A model generated the notes under the pieces. The model worked only from the letters and a program-made list of their open reading frames with translations, was not told where the DNA came from and made no database searches. From contig OX597826.1 in the NCBI GenBank assembly GCA_951406725.2, forward strand, positions 65,348,001 to 65,412,000: DNA of 64,000 nucleotides, read 5' to 3'. Positions within the stretch are counted from its first letter, which is position 1. Each line of letters starts with the position of its first letter. This DNA comes from Octopus vulgaris (Eukaryota). Positions 26,633 to 40,170 of this stretch are shown here, piece by piece. The translations under genes and the position numbers were made by a program.

Positions 26633-29600
26633 TCCAGAATACTTGCACTAATGTAAGCAATGTTGTATCAAGTGTGTAGTTTCAGGAAAGGACTAATTTG
26701 TGGGGAATACAGTGCTGAAATGATAAGTATGTTGTTTTCTTTGTCACTGTACGTCACTGTGTGTTTTTATAACCCTTTATATAAATATTTGCTACATTAG
26801 GAAATCTCTTTGTTTTCACTCAATTTTTAAATGTTTTCACACGTACATACACAAGCACACACACACACACACATACACACACACACATATACTCATAGGT
26901 AAGTCCATATATTAATCTTTACGGGATTTCTCTTCTTCAAAAAAAATTAAAGCCAAGTATATCTCTAATCAGGACTTTCAGCAGTAACTTAAAAGAAATG
27001 AACATTAAAAACAAGTGCACCGTCATCCATGCCCACACATTTTCCTCCTGTGACATCACAATTTTCTTTCACACACTGCGTTGCCATCTGAAATACTTCT
27101 GTTCTTTGGTCCTCACGTAACTGCACATTTGCAAACTTCTTCTTTTCTGCTTCTCCCTTGGCTATGTAGAGCTGTCACACAACCTCCCCTTGACTATCTG
27201 TTACAGTTCCAAGGTAACCTCACTCTTCCAGGCTTTCCAGGCCTGTTTCTTTGCTCTAATGCCCTTGTCTACTATATTATTCCACCATCACATTTCTCTG
27301 GGTCTGGAAGGGACTTTGCCCCAGCCCCACATTTGGTCTGTGGTGCTCAGTAAGCTATTTCGTAGGAATTTCCAACTACGCACTATGTCCAAAGAATGTG
27401 GCTCCTCCCCCCACTCATCAAATTTCTCGATGACGATCTCCCTAAATCTCTGACCATGTGAAGGGTTCTTTAGCTTCCAAATCTTCTTTTCTGCATTGGT
27501 CTGCTGCTTGGCATTCATCGACCTCGAGTCTAAAGTCAATAATGACAAATCTATTCTGGGGTTTACATTCTTCACCCGGGAGTGCCTTTGTATTTATGAG
27601 CAACCCTGTGTACCACTGTCTGTTGATGGTGAAATAAATCTGGCTAGCAAATCACATGATTGATAGGTTATCAACTGGTTGCCTGGCTTCCTGAAGTTAG
27701 TGTTGCAGATTAATAGGTTACATACATATGCGACTATGGATGCATTTAACATAGTATGAGATAAGCCTCTGTTATCAGGGTAGAGATGAACTTACATTTC
27801 AGATCTTAATCCAGAGAAGTTAAAACATGTTTTTACGCGTTAATGTAATATATGAGTTCCAATCGGAAGGTATTGAGACATCTCTTATGGTAACAGGATT
27901 GACTATGCCAAGACTGACCTGCAGCTGTCATGTAGACTCATTAATTAATACATTCACACTCACATCAGTTATAGCTGTGTTTCACAATAAATTGTATGCT
28001 CTATGATCATCTTTGAAATGACACCTTTTTCTGCTGCCAAGAATCTCATTAATTGTGTCGAGAGAGTCAAAGGAATTTGCCACACACGGGATTTCTCTTC
28101 TTGAGAAAAATTGAAGCCAAATATATCTCTAATCATACATTATTTTCTTTCAAAATTTGCAGAATACATACCTCCTTGATTGGGTTGCTGTGTGCTTTGT
28201 TCTCCATTTCCTACAACTTGAGGAATTTCCGTAGTACCTTAAAAGAAATGTACAAAAATAAGGAACTGAACAACAACATATGTACTAAGATGTAAGATAC
28301 AATATGGATATTATACTATGATATATCCACACATTACATAGATCTCCAATTAGTCCCTCATGTCCTAACCTACACACGATGTCCTACTATAACAACACTC
28401 ATCATAGCTTGTCCCTCTACTGGATCAACATTTGGCAGGATCTCCTCCTCCCATTTATTCTCCACATTCAGCAGCCTTTCATAATGTCTTCTCCAAGACT
28501 CTTTCTTTTCAGAATCATTAAAAACAAGTGCACCGTCATCCATGCCCACACATTTCCCTCCTGTGACATCACAATTTTCTTTCACACACTGTCTTGCAAT
28601 CTGAAATACTTCTGTTCTTTGGTCCTCAAGTCACTGAACATTGGCAAACTTCTTCTTTTCTGCTTCTCCCTTAGCTATGTAGAGCTGTTACACAGCCTCC
28701 CCTTGACTATCTGTTACAGTTCCTAAGGTACCTCCACTCTTCCAGGCTTTCCAGGCCTGTTTCTTTGCTCTAATGCCCTTGTCTACCATATTATTCCACC
28801 ATCACATTTCTCTGGGTCTGGAAGGGACTTTGCCCCAGCCCCACATTTGGTCTGTGGTGCTCAGTAAGCTGTTTCGTAGGAATTTCCAACTACTCACTAT
28901 GTCCAAAGTATGTTGCTCCTCCTCTCCTCCCACTCATCAAATTTCTCAATGACGATCTCCCTAAATCTCTGACCATGTGAAGTGTTCTTTAGCTTCCAAA
29001 TCTTCTTTTCTGCATTGGTCTGCTGCTTGGCATCCTTCGACCTCGAGTCTAAAGTCAATAATGACAAATCTATTCTGGGGTTTACATTTTCTACCCAGTA
29101 TTAATTAATACTTTCACACTCGCATTAGTTATAGCAGAGTTTCACAATAAATTGTATGGTCTATGATAATCTTTGAAATGACACCATTTTCTGCTGCCAA
29201 GAATCTCATTAATTGTGTCGAGAGAGTCAAAGGAATTTTGGAAATGGTCACAAGAAGTGATGACTCATGTATCTTATGTTTATGACCCTGAAACTATGCT
29301 AAAAGTCATACCCCACTACAAATGAAAATATTTCAATATATTAGGGAAATCCAAGAGAATGTTCCAAGACAGTTCCTTGCTGTCACAACAAAGAAGAACT
29401 GAGAATGCTTGCACTAATGTCAGCAATGCTGTATGAAGTGTGTAGTTTCAGGAAAGGACTACTTTGGGGGAGATACAGTGTTGACATTATATGTATGTTG
29501 TTTTCTTTCTTACCATAAGCCACTGTGAGATTTCATAACACTTTATATATGCATTTGCTACATTAGGAAATCTCTTTGTCTTCATTCAATGTGCAGCAAA

Positions 29601-30230
29601 CATGTCCAATTCAATACCGAATTACTTCAAGCAACATTTCCACAGATTTTGTCACAACTCTATTTCACTTCTATCAAGTTCAGATATTAATAATATGAAT
29701 TCTCCTCTCTGCTGTGTTCTACCTTGACCAACTTTCTCATCATTCTCTATGCCCTCAGTTATCTACTATACTTACCACTAAGCCACTTCTGTATATTTAA
29801 CCATCACCTGCTACATTCACCACTTCCCCAACTCTAAACATTTCCCCCAACTCTAAACATTTCCCCCAACACTTTTATGTAACATACCCCTCTTTCACCC
29901 CTGCCCACTCTAAATGTGCAATCATTTGTCCCACATTCCTTTATGTTGATGGAAACATAAAGACACAGCTTCCTAAACAACTAATGGACTTCGCTGAAAC
30001 GAATCAAGTGTCTTTTGGTGCCTATTTCAAAATCATGACACCAGCTTAACTGGCCTTCCTTTTTGCAATTTTTCAGATGCAAGATGCAATTTTTTCATTT
30101 ACTTTTACTCCCACCATGCCTGCAAAAATCTAGTGCTAATTTTTGTGACTTCGGAGTATTTTGACTCCTACTCTTGGCAAACGCTTGCTTGTCAATAGCA
30201 TCCTTGTTATATATAATTCTTATATATCTA

Positions 30231-30620
30231 GGTGCAGAAGTGGCTGTGTGGTAAGTAGCTTGCTTACCAACTGCATTGTTCCAGGTTCAGTCTCACTGCA
30301 TAACATCTTGGGTAAGTGTTCTCTACCATAGCCTCAGGCCGGCTAAAGTCTTGTTAGTGGATTTGGTTGATGGAAACAGAAAGAATCCCATCATGAGTAT
30401 ATGTGTGTGTGTGTGTCTGTGTTTGTCCCCCCACCATTGCTTGACAACCAATGCTGGTATGTTTACGTCCCTGTAACTTAACAGTTCAGTAAAGAGACTG
30501 ATAGAATATGTACTAGGCTTACAAAGAATAATTCCTGGGGTCGATTTGTTCGACTAAAAGCAGTGCTCCAGCATGGCTACAGTCAAATGACTGAAACATA
30601 TAAAAAATAAAAAAGAATAA
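30231..30620 (+). mobile_element. tRNA-derived SINE with A-rich tail (copies 38652-39040 and partial 50092-50285)
   Basis: A/B-box-like head, internal (TG)n, A-rich tail. Confidence 0.75.
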
Positions 30621-31175
30621 GAAAAAATATATCTATTAGTTTTGCCTATACGGTTTTTAGCTTGTAGTCACAAACATTAATATCTCTCATGAGTATTAAT
30701 GTTCTTTATATATTTTATACACATATGTATGTATATATATTTCTATGGGTCTATATGTGTGTATATTTGTGAAACTTTGTCATCACATCACTTGATAGTT
30801 GCAAATGAACATCACCATCATACAAGCAATGCTCTTCTTTTCAAGCCCTCTGTAGAAAACATGCCTGGCCAGGAAAAAATATTACCTTATTTAGAAACAC
30901 AAACGTTATAATCAAGGCAATACATGAACCTCTCTAGAATTTCTCCACCTGCCTGAAGTAGCAGCCAAACCTACTTCTAATCATACTCTAATCTCTTCAG
31001 AAATTTACAGAACACATAGCATACGACATGAAAGATATACAGTCTTATTATAAAACAAGATAGATAGAAGTATAGGCACAAATTGATATTAAAAAATGAA
31101 AATATAAGCAGTCCCCATGTTCAGTATTTTTGCCATCGTTTCTATCATTTTCTCATAAAGCAAAAGTCAAACATA

Positions 31176-31229
<54 letters not shown>

Positions 31230-31235
31230 TAATAA

Positions 31236-31644
31236 AGTATGGCCTCGATTGACTACAAAGTATGGCCTGGATTGACTACAGGTATGGCCTGGATTGACTA
31301 CAAAGTATGGCCTGGATTGACTACAAAGTATGGCCTGGATTGACTACAAAGTATGGCCTGGATTGACTACAAAGTATGGCCTGGATTGACTACAAAGTAT
31401 GGCCTGGATTGACTACAAAGTATGGCCTGGATTGACTACAAAGTATGGCCTGGATTGACTACAAAGTATGGCCTGGATTGACTACAAAGTATGGTCTGGA
31501 TTGACTACAAAGTATGGCCTGGATTGACTACAAAGTATGGCCTGGATTGACTACAAGTATGACCTGGATTGACTACAAAGTATGGCCTGGATTGACTACA
31601 AAGTATGGCCTGGATTGACTACAAAGTATGGCCTGGATTGACTA
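31236..31644 (+). repeat. 23-bp tandem array AGTATGGCCTGGATTGACTACAA (~18 units)
   Basis: Unit identical to the Dong RT coding sequence for SMAWIDYK (e.g. 31799-31821). Confidence 0.95.
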
Positions 31645-33746
31645 TAATAAAGATCAACTAATGATTAATAAAGCCATAACTGAAGACAGCCACAGAAAGA
31701 AGAAAGGCCTCGGTATGGCCTGGATTGACTATAATAAAGATCAACTAATGATTAATAAAGCCATAACTGAAGACAGCCACAGAAAGAAGAAAGGCCTCAG
31801 TATGGCCTGGATTGACTACAAAAAGGCGTTTGATAGCATCCCCCACACATGGATCCTCGAAACACTAGCCATTAACAAAGTAGCACCAACAATCATAAAA
31901 TTCATAGAGCACTCTATGAATAAATGGCAAACAGTCCTACACCTTCAAACAAAAGAGGGACTCATGAAAACCAAAGACATCCCCATTAGAAGAGGAATAT
32001 TCCAGGGAGACATGCTCTCTCCACTCCTTTTCTGCTTGGCACTGTCACCTCTATCTGATATGCTAAATAGAACTGGATGCGGATATAAATGTTACGGCAA
32101 AACGATCAGCCACCTTTTATATATGGATGACCTAAAACTATACGCTGCAAATGACAAACAGCTGGAAACACTATTAAAGACATAGATATGAAATTTGGAT
32201 TAGAAAAATGCGCCAAAGTAACCATGAAAAGAGGAAAACTAGTTAAGAGTAACAACATCACACTAGATAAAACCAATGAAATAAAAGAATTAGACCAAAG
32301 CCAAACTTACAAATACTTAGGAATCCATGAACTAGATAAGACACAACACACACAAATGAAAGAGAAAATAAAAAAAGAATATTATAGACGAGTTAGATCA
32401 ATACTAAACACAGAGCTCAATGCTAAAAACAAGATAATAGGTATCAACACTTTAGCTGTCCCAGTTTTAAGTTACAGCTACAATATCCTTAACTGGACAC
32501 GAAATGAACTGACCAAAATAGATAGGAAAACAAGAAAAATAATGACAGGATCTAGGATGCATCACCCAAAATCTGACATAGAAAGACTATATATACAATG
32601 TATAGAAGGTGGTAGAGGCCTTATACAGCTGGAAAACTACTATAAAATAACCACCATAGGACTGCAAAAATATCTACTTCAGAAGGAAGGAAAACTGATC
32701 CAGATAGCGGCAGAACATGAGCAAAACAAAAAACTGTTCTCAGTATTTAAGGAAGCTGACAAATACAAACAAGAAATCATACCACCTAATAAACATGAAG
32801 AAGAAGATGAAGAAACAACAAAAGCTATAAAACAAATGAAATCCAAACTAAAAATAGAACAGCAACGGACCATGATAAAACGATGGCAAGAAAAGCCCCT
32901 TCATGGTAAATACTGGACTAAACTAAACGCAAAAGAAATAGACAAAGAAAAATCCCAGCAATGGTTGAGAAGCTCAGGACTCAAAGCAGAAACAGAGGGA
33001 TTTTTAATTGCAGCACAAGACCAAAGCCTTCCCACCAGAAATTACCAAAAACATGTAATGAAAAGAAATATTACAAGTAACTGCAGAATATGTGGAGATG
33101 GACAGGAAACAATAAATCATATTATCTCTAGCTGCCCAGTCCTGGCTAAGAAGGAATATATTCACAGACATGACAGAGTTGGAACCTACATACATTGGAA
33201 GCTATGCCAACATTATGGAATAACAACAGAAAAAAGATGGTATAGGCACACACCAGAAAAGGTCACAGAAAACGAGAAAGCAACCATACTCTGGGATATG
33301 CCGATACACACAGATAGAGAAATTAAGGCCAACAGACCAGATATAGTTGTCAGAGACCATGAAGAAAAAAATGCTTTCTAATTGATGTATCAATACCGGC
33401 TGATGACAACGTGTCTCTAAAAGAAATGGAGAAACTCTCAAAATACAAAACCTGGAAATAGAGGTAACTAGAATGTGGAATCTGAAAACAGAAACAATTC
33501 CTATCATAGTAGGTGCATTAGGCATGATAAAAAAATATTCAGACAAATACATAACAAAAACACCAGGACTTACAAACACATATAACACACAGAAAATTGC
33601 ACTACTAGGCACTGCACACATCCTACACAGAACACTTTCCATACAATAACCATCAGAGCATCACAACAAATCACAGCACATACCCAAGGCACACAGAGCT
33701 GCGCTCGGTAGTGAAGTGAAAGCACGCTATAAAAATAAAACTACTG
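31645..33746 (+). mobile_element. 5'-truncated R4/Dong element, copy A (frameshifted)
   Basis: Near-identical to 4841-6970. Deletion at ~32182 and frameshifts near 33370 and 33450. Ends ctactg + (TAA)n. Confidence 0.93.
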
Positions 33747-33750
33747 AATG

Positions 33751-33808
<58 letters not shown>

Positions 33809-33822
33809 TAATAATAATGATG

Positions 33823-33877
<55 letters not shown>

Positions 33878-34399
33878 GTAAAGTTAAGGCAGTACACCAG
33901 CTATATAATCTATGAGTAGATAAAGATATTATGGGTTTATCTAAAGAAAAAGAATTGCAACTAAGAGTATAATGGGCAAGTTTAGTAATGAATAGACTTA
34001 TTTAAAGCTGGATTAGATCAAATTGTTTAATTTTATTTATTGTAATAATTTTAATCAATCTACTTAGTTTACATTATTCAACATCATTCAAGTATACACT
34101 ATTAAGAACAATACAGGGTACTAGTTGTTGAATCAGAGAAAATAATTTCAATAGTGAGTTATTTATATCAAAAAAGGAATTTTCATTACTTCTACATTAA
34201 CTCCCGGACAAGATAGGGTTATAATACAGATTTATAGTGTAGGAAATTTCTATGGATTTAGATATTTTCTTCTTTATTCTTCAAATTTATGTTTAAGGTT
34301 GAATCAGTTTAGCATGTGAAGCTAATGATGGTGAATGGTTAATGGCTCTATATGAACCACACTGTCCCTAAATGAATCAAATAGCATGTTTAAGAATCC

Positions 34400-34960
34400 T
34401 TCATTTGAAAATTTATATCTTACTATAATCCCATCAGTGGCATATTTCCTGATAAATCTCTATTGGAGTATTACCTGGCAACATGGCAAGTTATATAAAC
34501 CTCTTATTGCATGTCAAATGATATGCAATGTGTTGATAATAAATTTTGCTGGTAAAACATGTAATAATTCAACACCCAGTTGGGTGCTTCTAGTAGACTG
34601 CATCTCTGCAGTTTTCCCCAGACAATGCATTATTACTTCTACTAAGATATGACCTGAGAAAATAGTTGGAAATCACCTTAACATTATAGATGAACTTGTG
34701 ACACATAGGGCTATTTGTACCCTTTGTTGAGGGAAGCACTCATGTAAAAACACGCTTGAAAGAAGGTAGCCATTAGGCCATTTGACATTAGGAATCTAGG
34801 TTGAAGTCTTCTAGAAGAAATGTAATGGCTGTCATCTAGTTGGTAGTACCTTTTCCATATTTTAAGGCTCTCTTTGAACAAATCCCTAAGATTTGGAGCA
34901 TCTGGATGATATGTAGTACATATTACTGTTTTGATGACTTTGTTAATAACTCACTATTGA
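34400..34960 (-). mobile_element. Highly decayed Penelope-like fragment (copy ~45950-46500)
   Basis: Minus-strand peptide VICTTYHPDAPNLRDLFKESLKIW resembles the PLE post-RT 'LVxTYHP..N' segment. Confidence 0.35.
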
Positions 34961-35218
34961 AATATGCCATCACTGTGTTACAGACTGAATATGAGCAAGA
35001 GGAAGCTTACAGGTATGGCATCTTCCCGGATGTACACCACAACGCAACCATGAGTTGTTACCTTCAAAATACGACATACTTTGGTATGTGTATTTCAGCA
35101 TCTGTTAAGTCAGCTGGAACACTAGTGTGATGCATGGGGTATCAGAAGAGGCCACTGGTCTGACATATCTATAAACACTCACACGCACACACATACACAC
35201 ACACTTATATTTGTATGT

Positions 35219-35282
<64 letters not shown>

Positions 35283-36579
35283 CCTTGTCTTCACATCACT
35301 TGATGGTTGCAAACAAGCATCACCATCACACAAGCAAAAGTAGTCGTCTGTATAAAAAAAAAAACATCTGACCATGGGAAAATGTTAAGGCACCAGCACC
35401 TGAGAGATCTATTTTGGTATAGATTTTATGGCTGGAAGCCCTTCCTAATGCCAACCACTTTACAAAGAGAGCTGGATACTTTTTACATGGTACCAGCACT
35501 AGCAAATCCTGCTTTGGCATGGCTTTTCTTAGTTGGATGCCCTTCAAAATGCCAACCTCTTTACAGTGTGGGCTGTATGCTTTTTACATGGCACAAGCAC
35601 CAGTGAGATCTCCAAGTAACTTGCAAGACAAATATCTTTTGAGAGGGGGAATACTGGATGTGGTGGCTTTGTGCCAGATGATGAGAGATGAGAGTATGAC
35701 AGAGGGAAAGAAACTATGGCTACCATAGTTGGGGGGAGAGAGCAAGAGAGAGAGAGAGAATTATCAAGAATGAGAGAGAGTGAGAGTGGAAGAGAATAAG
35801 AGTGAGAGAGATGGTGGTGATGTGTCAGGGCATACTCCTAAGCTATGGGAATGAGAATATAAATTAGATGGTAGAGCATTATTAATGGTACAAGTGGTGA
35901 GTAGGGAGATCATGTGAATGCAAAGAAAGGGGAAGGTGGAGAATACATAGAGGTGTGGAGGGACAACAGAATAGCAATGATACAGTGGACAGAGACAGAG
36001 CAGTGAGGACATGATTGGACTCTAGGAGTGAGGATGGAGAAATAAGTACTATGCATGAGAAAAGAAGAAATGTGAGGAAGAGAAGGGGAGATGTAGTTTG
36101 GTTTACTGGAGTAGGATGTGTGAAAAATGTTAATGTTTCATCTAAGTGAAACATGCAATGCTTCCGGAACTCAGTTTCACTCAAGTGAGCTAGTCTTCTC
36201 AAGAACCTCATATCATTAGACATCTTGGTTCATTGTCATCTACTCGGTGAGGCCCTCAGAGAATGATTTCCAGCAGCTAAGTCCAAAATATAGAGCAAGC
36301 TCATACAACACTGTCATACTCTCAGTGTGCATACGCAAACATATTATATTAGCCTCTATAGTGTTTCTCCACCTGCAAGATGTAGCAGCCAAATGTGCTT
36401 CTGATTATACCATTGCCTGAGATATATAGTGTGTAAATAAAAGACAAGGTAGGCTTGGCAGGAATATCTTTGATCATAAATCTACAGAAATAGAGGCTGA
36501 AGCTGGTATTAAAAAAATAAAAATAACAACAGTTAAGAGAACAAAAATCACATAAATCCAATTAAACATCCACTCTCAC

Positions 36580-36720
36580 CTCGTCCATTACTTGTAGCAC
36601 TTGTAGCACTTGTAGCACTTGTAGCACTTGTAGCACTTGTAGCATTATTTGTAGCACTTGGTGTTCTGCTTCTTCGAGCTACAAAGGAAAATACAAGACA
36701 AGAAAAAGATAGCGCATTAC
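36580..36720 (-). CDS. Phase-1 exon with in-frame (SAT)n expansion: GNALSFSCLVFSFVARRSRTPSATNNAT(SAT)5SNGR; alternative acceptor gives 36580-36678
   Basis: Acceptors ttttctaag| and ttcctttgtag| lie 42 nt apart in the same frame. Donor GAG|gtgaga. Lengths 141 and 99 nt. Confidence 0.6.
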
Positions 36721-36949
36721 CTTAGAAAAAATATAAAACAATATTACAATAAACAATAAAATATATAGAATAATATAGAATACAACGTGGGTGTTATTTT
36801 ACTTTATATTTACCAACCACTTAGTTTTGGGGTTCAATCCCACTGTATGCCACCATGAGCAAGTGTCTTCTAGTTTAGCCATGGGCCAATGAAAGACTTA
36901 TGAGTAGATCTGGTAGATGTAAACCAAAAAAGGCTATCATATATGTATG

Positions 36950-37745
36950 CAACTACCCTCTATGTCCAAACTATGTGGCCCCTCCTCCCACTCATCAAAT
37001 TTCTCTATGACGAGATCCCTAAATCTCTGATCATGTGAAGTGTTCTTTAGCTTCCAAATCCTTCTTTTCTGCATTGTTCTGCTACTTGACATCCTTCGAC
37101 CTTGAATCTAAAGTCAATAATGACTAATCTATTCTGGGGGTTACATTCTTCACCCAGGAGGGTCTTTGTATATTTGTGTAACCCTGTGTACCACAGTCTG
37201 GTGAGGATGAAATAAATCTGGCCAGCAGAGTCACGTGATTGATAGGTTATCAAGTGGCTGCTCGGCTTCCTCAAGTTAGTACTAATAGGTTACATGCATC
37301 ACAGAACACCAGTAGCCTACTTAGATGCATTTAACATAGTATGAGATGAGCCTCTGATACCATGGTAGCGACGATCTTACATTTCAGATCTTAATACAGA
37401 GAAGTTCAAGCATGTTTCTACATGTGAGTGCTTATAAATAGATATATGAGTTTCAATCAAACACTATCAGGGCATTTGTTGTGGTAGCAGGATTAACTAC
37501 GTGGATACTGACCTGCAGCAGTCATGCAGACACATTAATTAATACTTTCACACTCGCATTGGTTATAGCAGAGCTTCACAATATATTGTATAGTCTATAA
37601 TCATCTTTAAAATGACACCATTTTTCTGCTGTGAAAGATCTCCTCAATTGTGTTGAGAGAGTGAAAGGAATTTTGAAAACGGTCATCACATGTGATGAAT
37701 CATGTATCTATGGTTATGACCCTGAAACTATGCTAAAAGTCATAC
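36950..37745. mobile_element. Diverged RTE-like relic (-) plus mariner relic (+), related to the 1.52-kb unit (copy 48390-49180)
   Basis: Colinear with the array unit. Plus-strand peptide ILKTVITCDESCIYGYDPET at ~37670-37730 matches the mariner VITGDESWxYxYDPET motif. Confidence 0.7.
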
Positions 37746-39575
37746 CCCACTACAAATGAAAATATTTCAATATATTAGGGAAATCCAAGAGAATGTTCCA
37801 AGACAGTTCCTTGCTGTCATAACAAAGAAGAACTGAGAATGCTTGCACTGATGCCAGCAATGTTGTATGAAGTGTGTAGTTTCAGGAAAGGACTACTTTG
37901 GGGGAGATACAGTGTTGACATTATATGTATGTTGTTTTCTTTCTTACCATAAGCCACTGTGAGATTTCATAACACTTTATATATGCATTTGCTACATTAG
38001 GAAATCTCTTTGTCTTCATTCAATGTGCAGCTCCCGCAAACATGTCCAATTCAATACCGAATTACTTCAAGCAACATTTCCACAGATTTTGTCACAACTC
38101 TATTTCACTTCTATCAAGTTCAGATATTAATAATATGAATTCTCCTCTCTGCTGTGTTCTACCTTGACCAACTTTCTCATCATTCTCTATGCCCTCAGTT
38201 ATCTACTATACTTACCACTAAGCCACTTCTGTATATTTAACCATCACCTGCTACATACAGCACTTCCCCAACTCTAAACATTTCCCCCAACACTTTTATG
38301 TAACATACCCCTCTTTCACCCCTGCCCACTCTAAATGTGCAATCATTTGTCCCACATTCCTTTATGTTGATGGAAACATAAAGACATGGCTTCCTAAACA
38401 ACTAATGGACTTCGCTGAAACGAATCAAGTGTCTTTTGGTGCCTATTTCGAAATCATGACAGCAGCTTAACTGGCCTTCCTTTTTGCAATTTTTCAGATG
38501 CAAGATGCAATCCTTTTTCACTTACTTTTTCTCCCACCATGCCTGCAAAAATCTAGTGCTAATTTTTGTGACTTCGGAGTATTTTGACTCCTACTTTTGG
38601 CAACGCTTGCTTGTCAATAGCACCCTCGTTATATATAATTCTTATATATCTAGGTGCAGGAGTGACTGTGTGGTAAGTAGCTTGCTTACCAACCGCATGG
38701 TTCCAGGTTCAGTCCCACTGCATAGCATCTTGGGTAAGTATTCTCAGGCCGGCTAAAGTCTTGTTAGTAGATTTGGTAGATGGAAACTGAAAGAAGCCCA
38801 TCATGAGTATATGTGTGTGTGTATATGTTTGTGTGTCTGTGTTTGTCCCCCCACCATTGCTTGACAACCAATGCTGGTATGTTTACGTCCCTGTAACTTA
38901 ACAGTTCGGTAAAGAGACTGATAGAATATGTACTAGGCTTACAAAGAATAATTCCTGGGGTCGATTTGTTCGACTAAAAGCAGTGCTCCAGCATGGCTAC
39001 AGTCAAATGACTGAAACATATAAAAAATAAAAAAGAATAAGAAAAAATATATCTATTAGTTTTGCCTATACGGTTTTTAGCTTGCAGTCACAAACATTAA
39101 TATCTCTCATGAGTATTAATGTTCTTTATATATTTTATACACATATGTATGTATATATATTTCTATGGGTCTATATGTGTGTATATTTGTGAAACTTTGT
39201 CATCACATCACTTGATGGTTGCAAATGAACATCACCATCATACAAGCAATGCTCTTCTTTTCAAGCCCTCTGTAGAAAACATGCCTGGCCAGGAAAAAAT
39301 ATTACCTTATTTAGAAACACAAACGTTATAATCAAGGCAATACATGAACCTCTCTAGAATTTCTCCACCTGCCTAGCAGCCAAACCTACTTCTAATCATA
39401 CTCTAATCTCTTCAGAAATTTACAGAACACATAGCATACGACATGAAAGATATACAGTCTTATTATAAAACAAGATAGATAGAAGTATAGGCACAAATTG
39501 ATATTAAAAAATGAAAATAAAAGCAGTCCCCATGTTCAGTATTTTTGCCATCGTTTCTATCATTTTCTCTCTCAC

Positions 39576-39632
39576 CTTCATTATTTCCATTTTGTTGACC
39601 GTTATCCATTAGAGGTCTTTCTTCCTGAGGAT
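39576..39632 (-). CDS. 57-nt symmetric phase-1 exon (DPQEERPLMDNGQQNGNNE)
   Basis: Acceptor tatattttttcttag|, donor GAAG|gtgaga, open frame. Confidence 0.6.
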
Positions 39633-39830
39633 CTAAGAAAAAATATACAAAAATAATAAAATAAACAAGTATATATATAGTTAGATATAAGATACAATGT
39701 GGATATGATTTTACTACCATAGCTTCTGGTTCAGTCCCTCTAAGTGCCAACTTAGGAAGGGGATTCTAGGGTAAGCATTGTCAGTGCATTTGGTAGATGG
39801 AAACTGAACAATGCTTATTATATACGTATA

Positions 39831-40170
39831 TACGATTTCTGATCAAAAAGTACCAGGACTGTTGTTATCGTAGCAGAGCTAAAGTATGCAGAGTGAAGCT
39901 GCTTGGCAGAGATTGACTTTAAACTCTGTCATTCATGTACATTCTCACTCACTTCCATTGCTTCAAAGTAAGACATGTAGTGTGTAGTCATCTCAAAAAG
40001 AAAATCGGGTTTCAGTTGCACAGATTCTCCTGGATTGTATCAAGGAAATCAAAATCTTTTTGAAAATGGTCATTACATGTGATGATTTGTGGGTGTATGG
40101 CTATAACTCTGAAATGAAGGTAAAGATCAAATCCCACTTGAAATTAAAAGCATTTCAATACACTGAGAAA
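39831..40170 (+). mobile_element. Mariner transposon relic
   Basis: TIR-like start tacgatttctgatcaaaaagt and peptide FLKMVITCDDLWVYGYNSEMK. Confidence 0.6.

Larger units (their letters stand above)
14500..29330. repeat. ~1.52-kb tandem repeat array (about 10 units in two higher-order blocks); each unit holds an RTE-like LINE relic and a 66-nt exon
   Basis: Landmark aaaaacaagtgcaccg recurs at ~14517, 16032, 17554, 19074, 20590, 22111, 23630, 25150, 27007, 28520. Minus-strand relic peptides (LITYQS..SQIYF..PGEECKPQNRFVIIDF; WRRHYERLLNVEN) resemble the endonuclease end and linker of RTE-like LINEs. Confidence 0.95.

Noticed and set aside
31236-31644. 23-bp (and 22-bp) repeats as a CRISPR array
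   Set aside because: Head-to-tail units with no unique spacers, no cas genes, eukaryotic context; the unit is Dong coding sequence.
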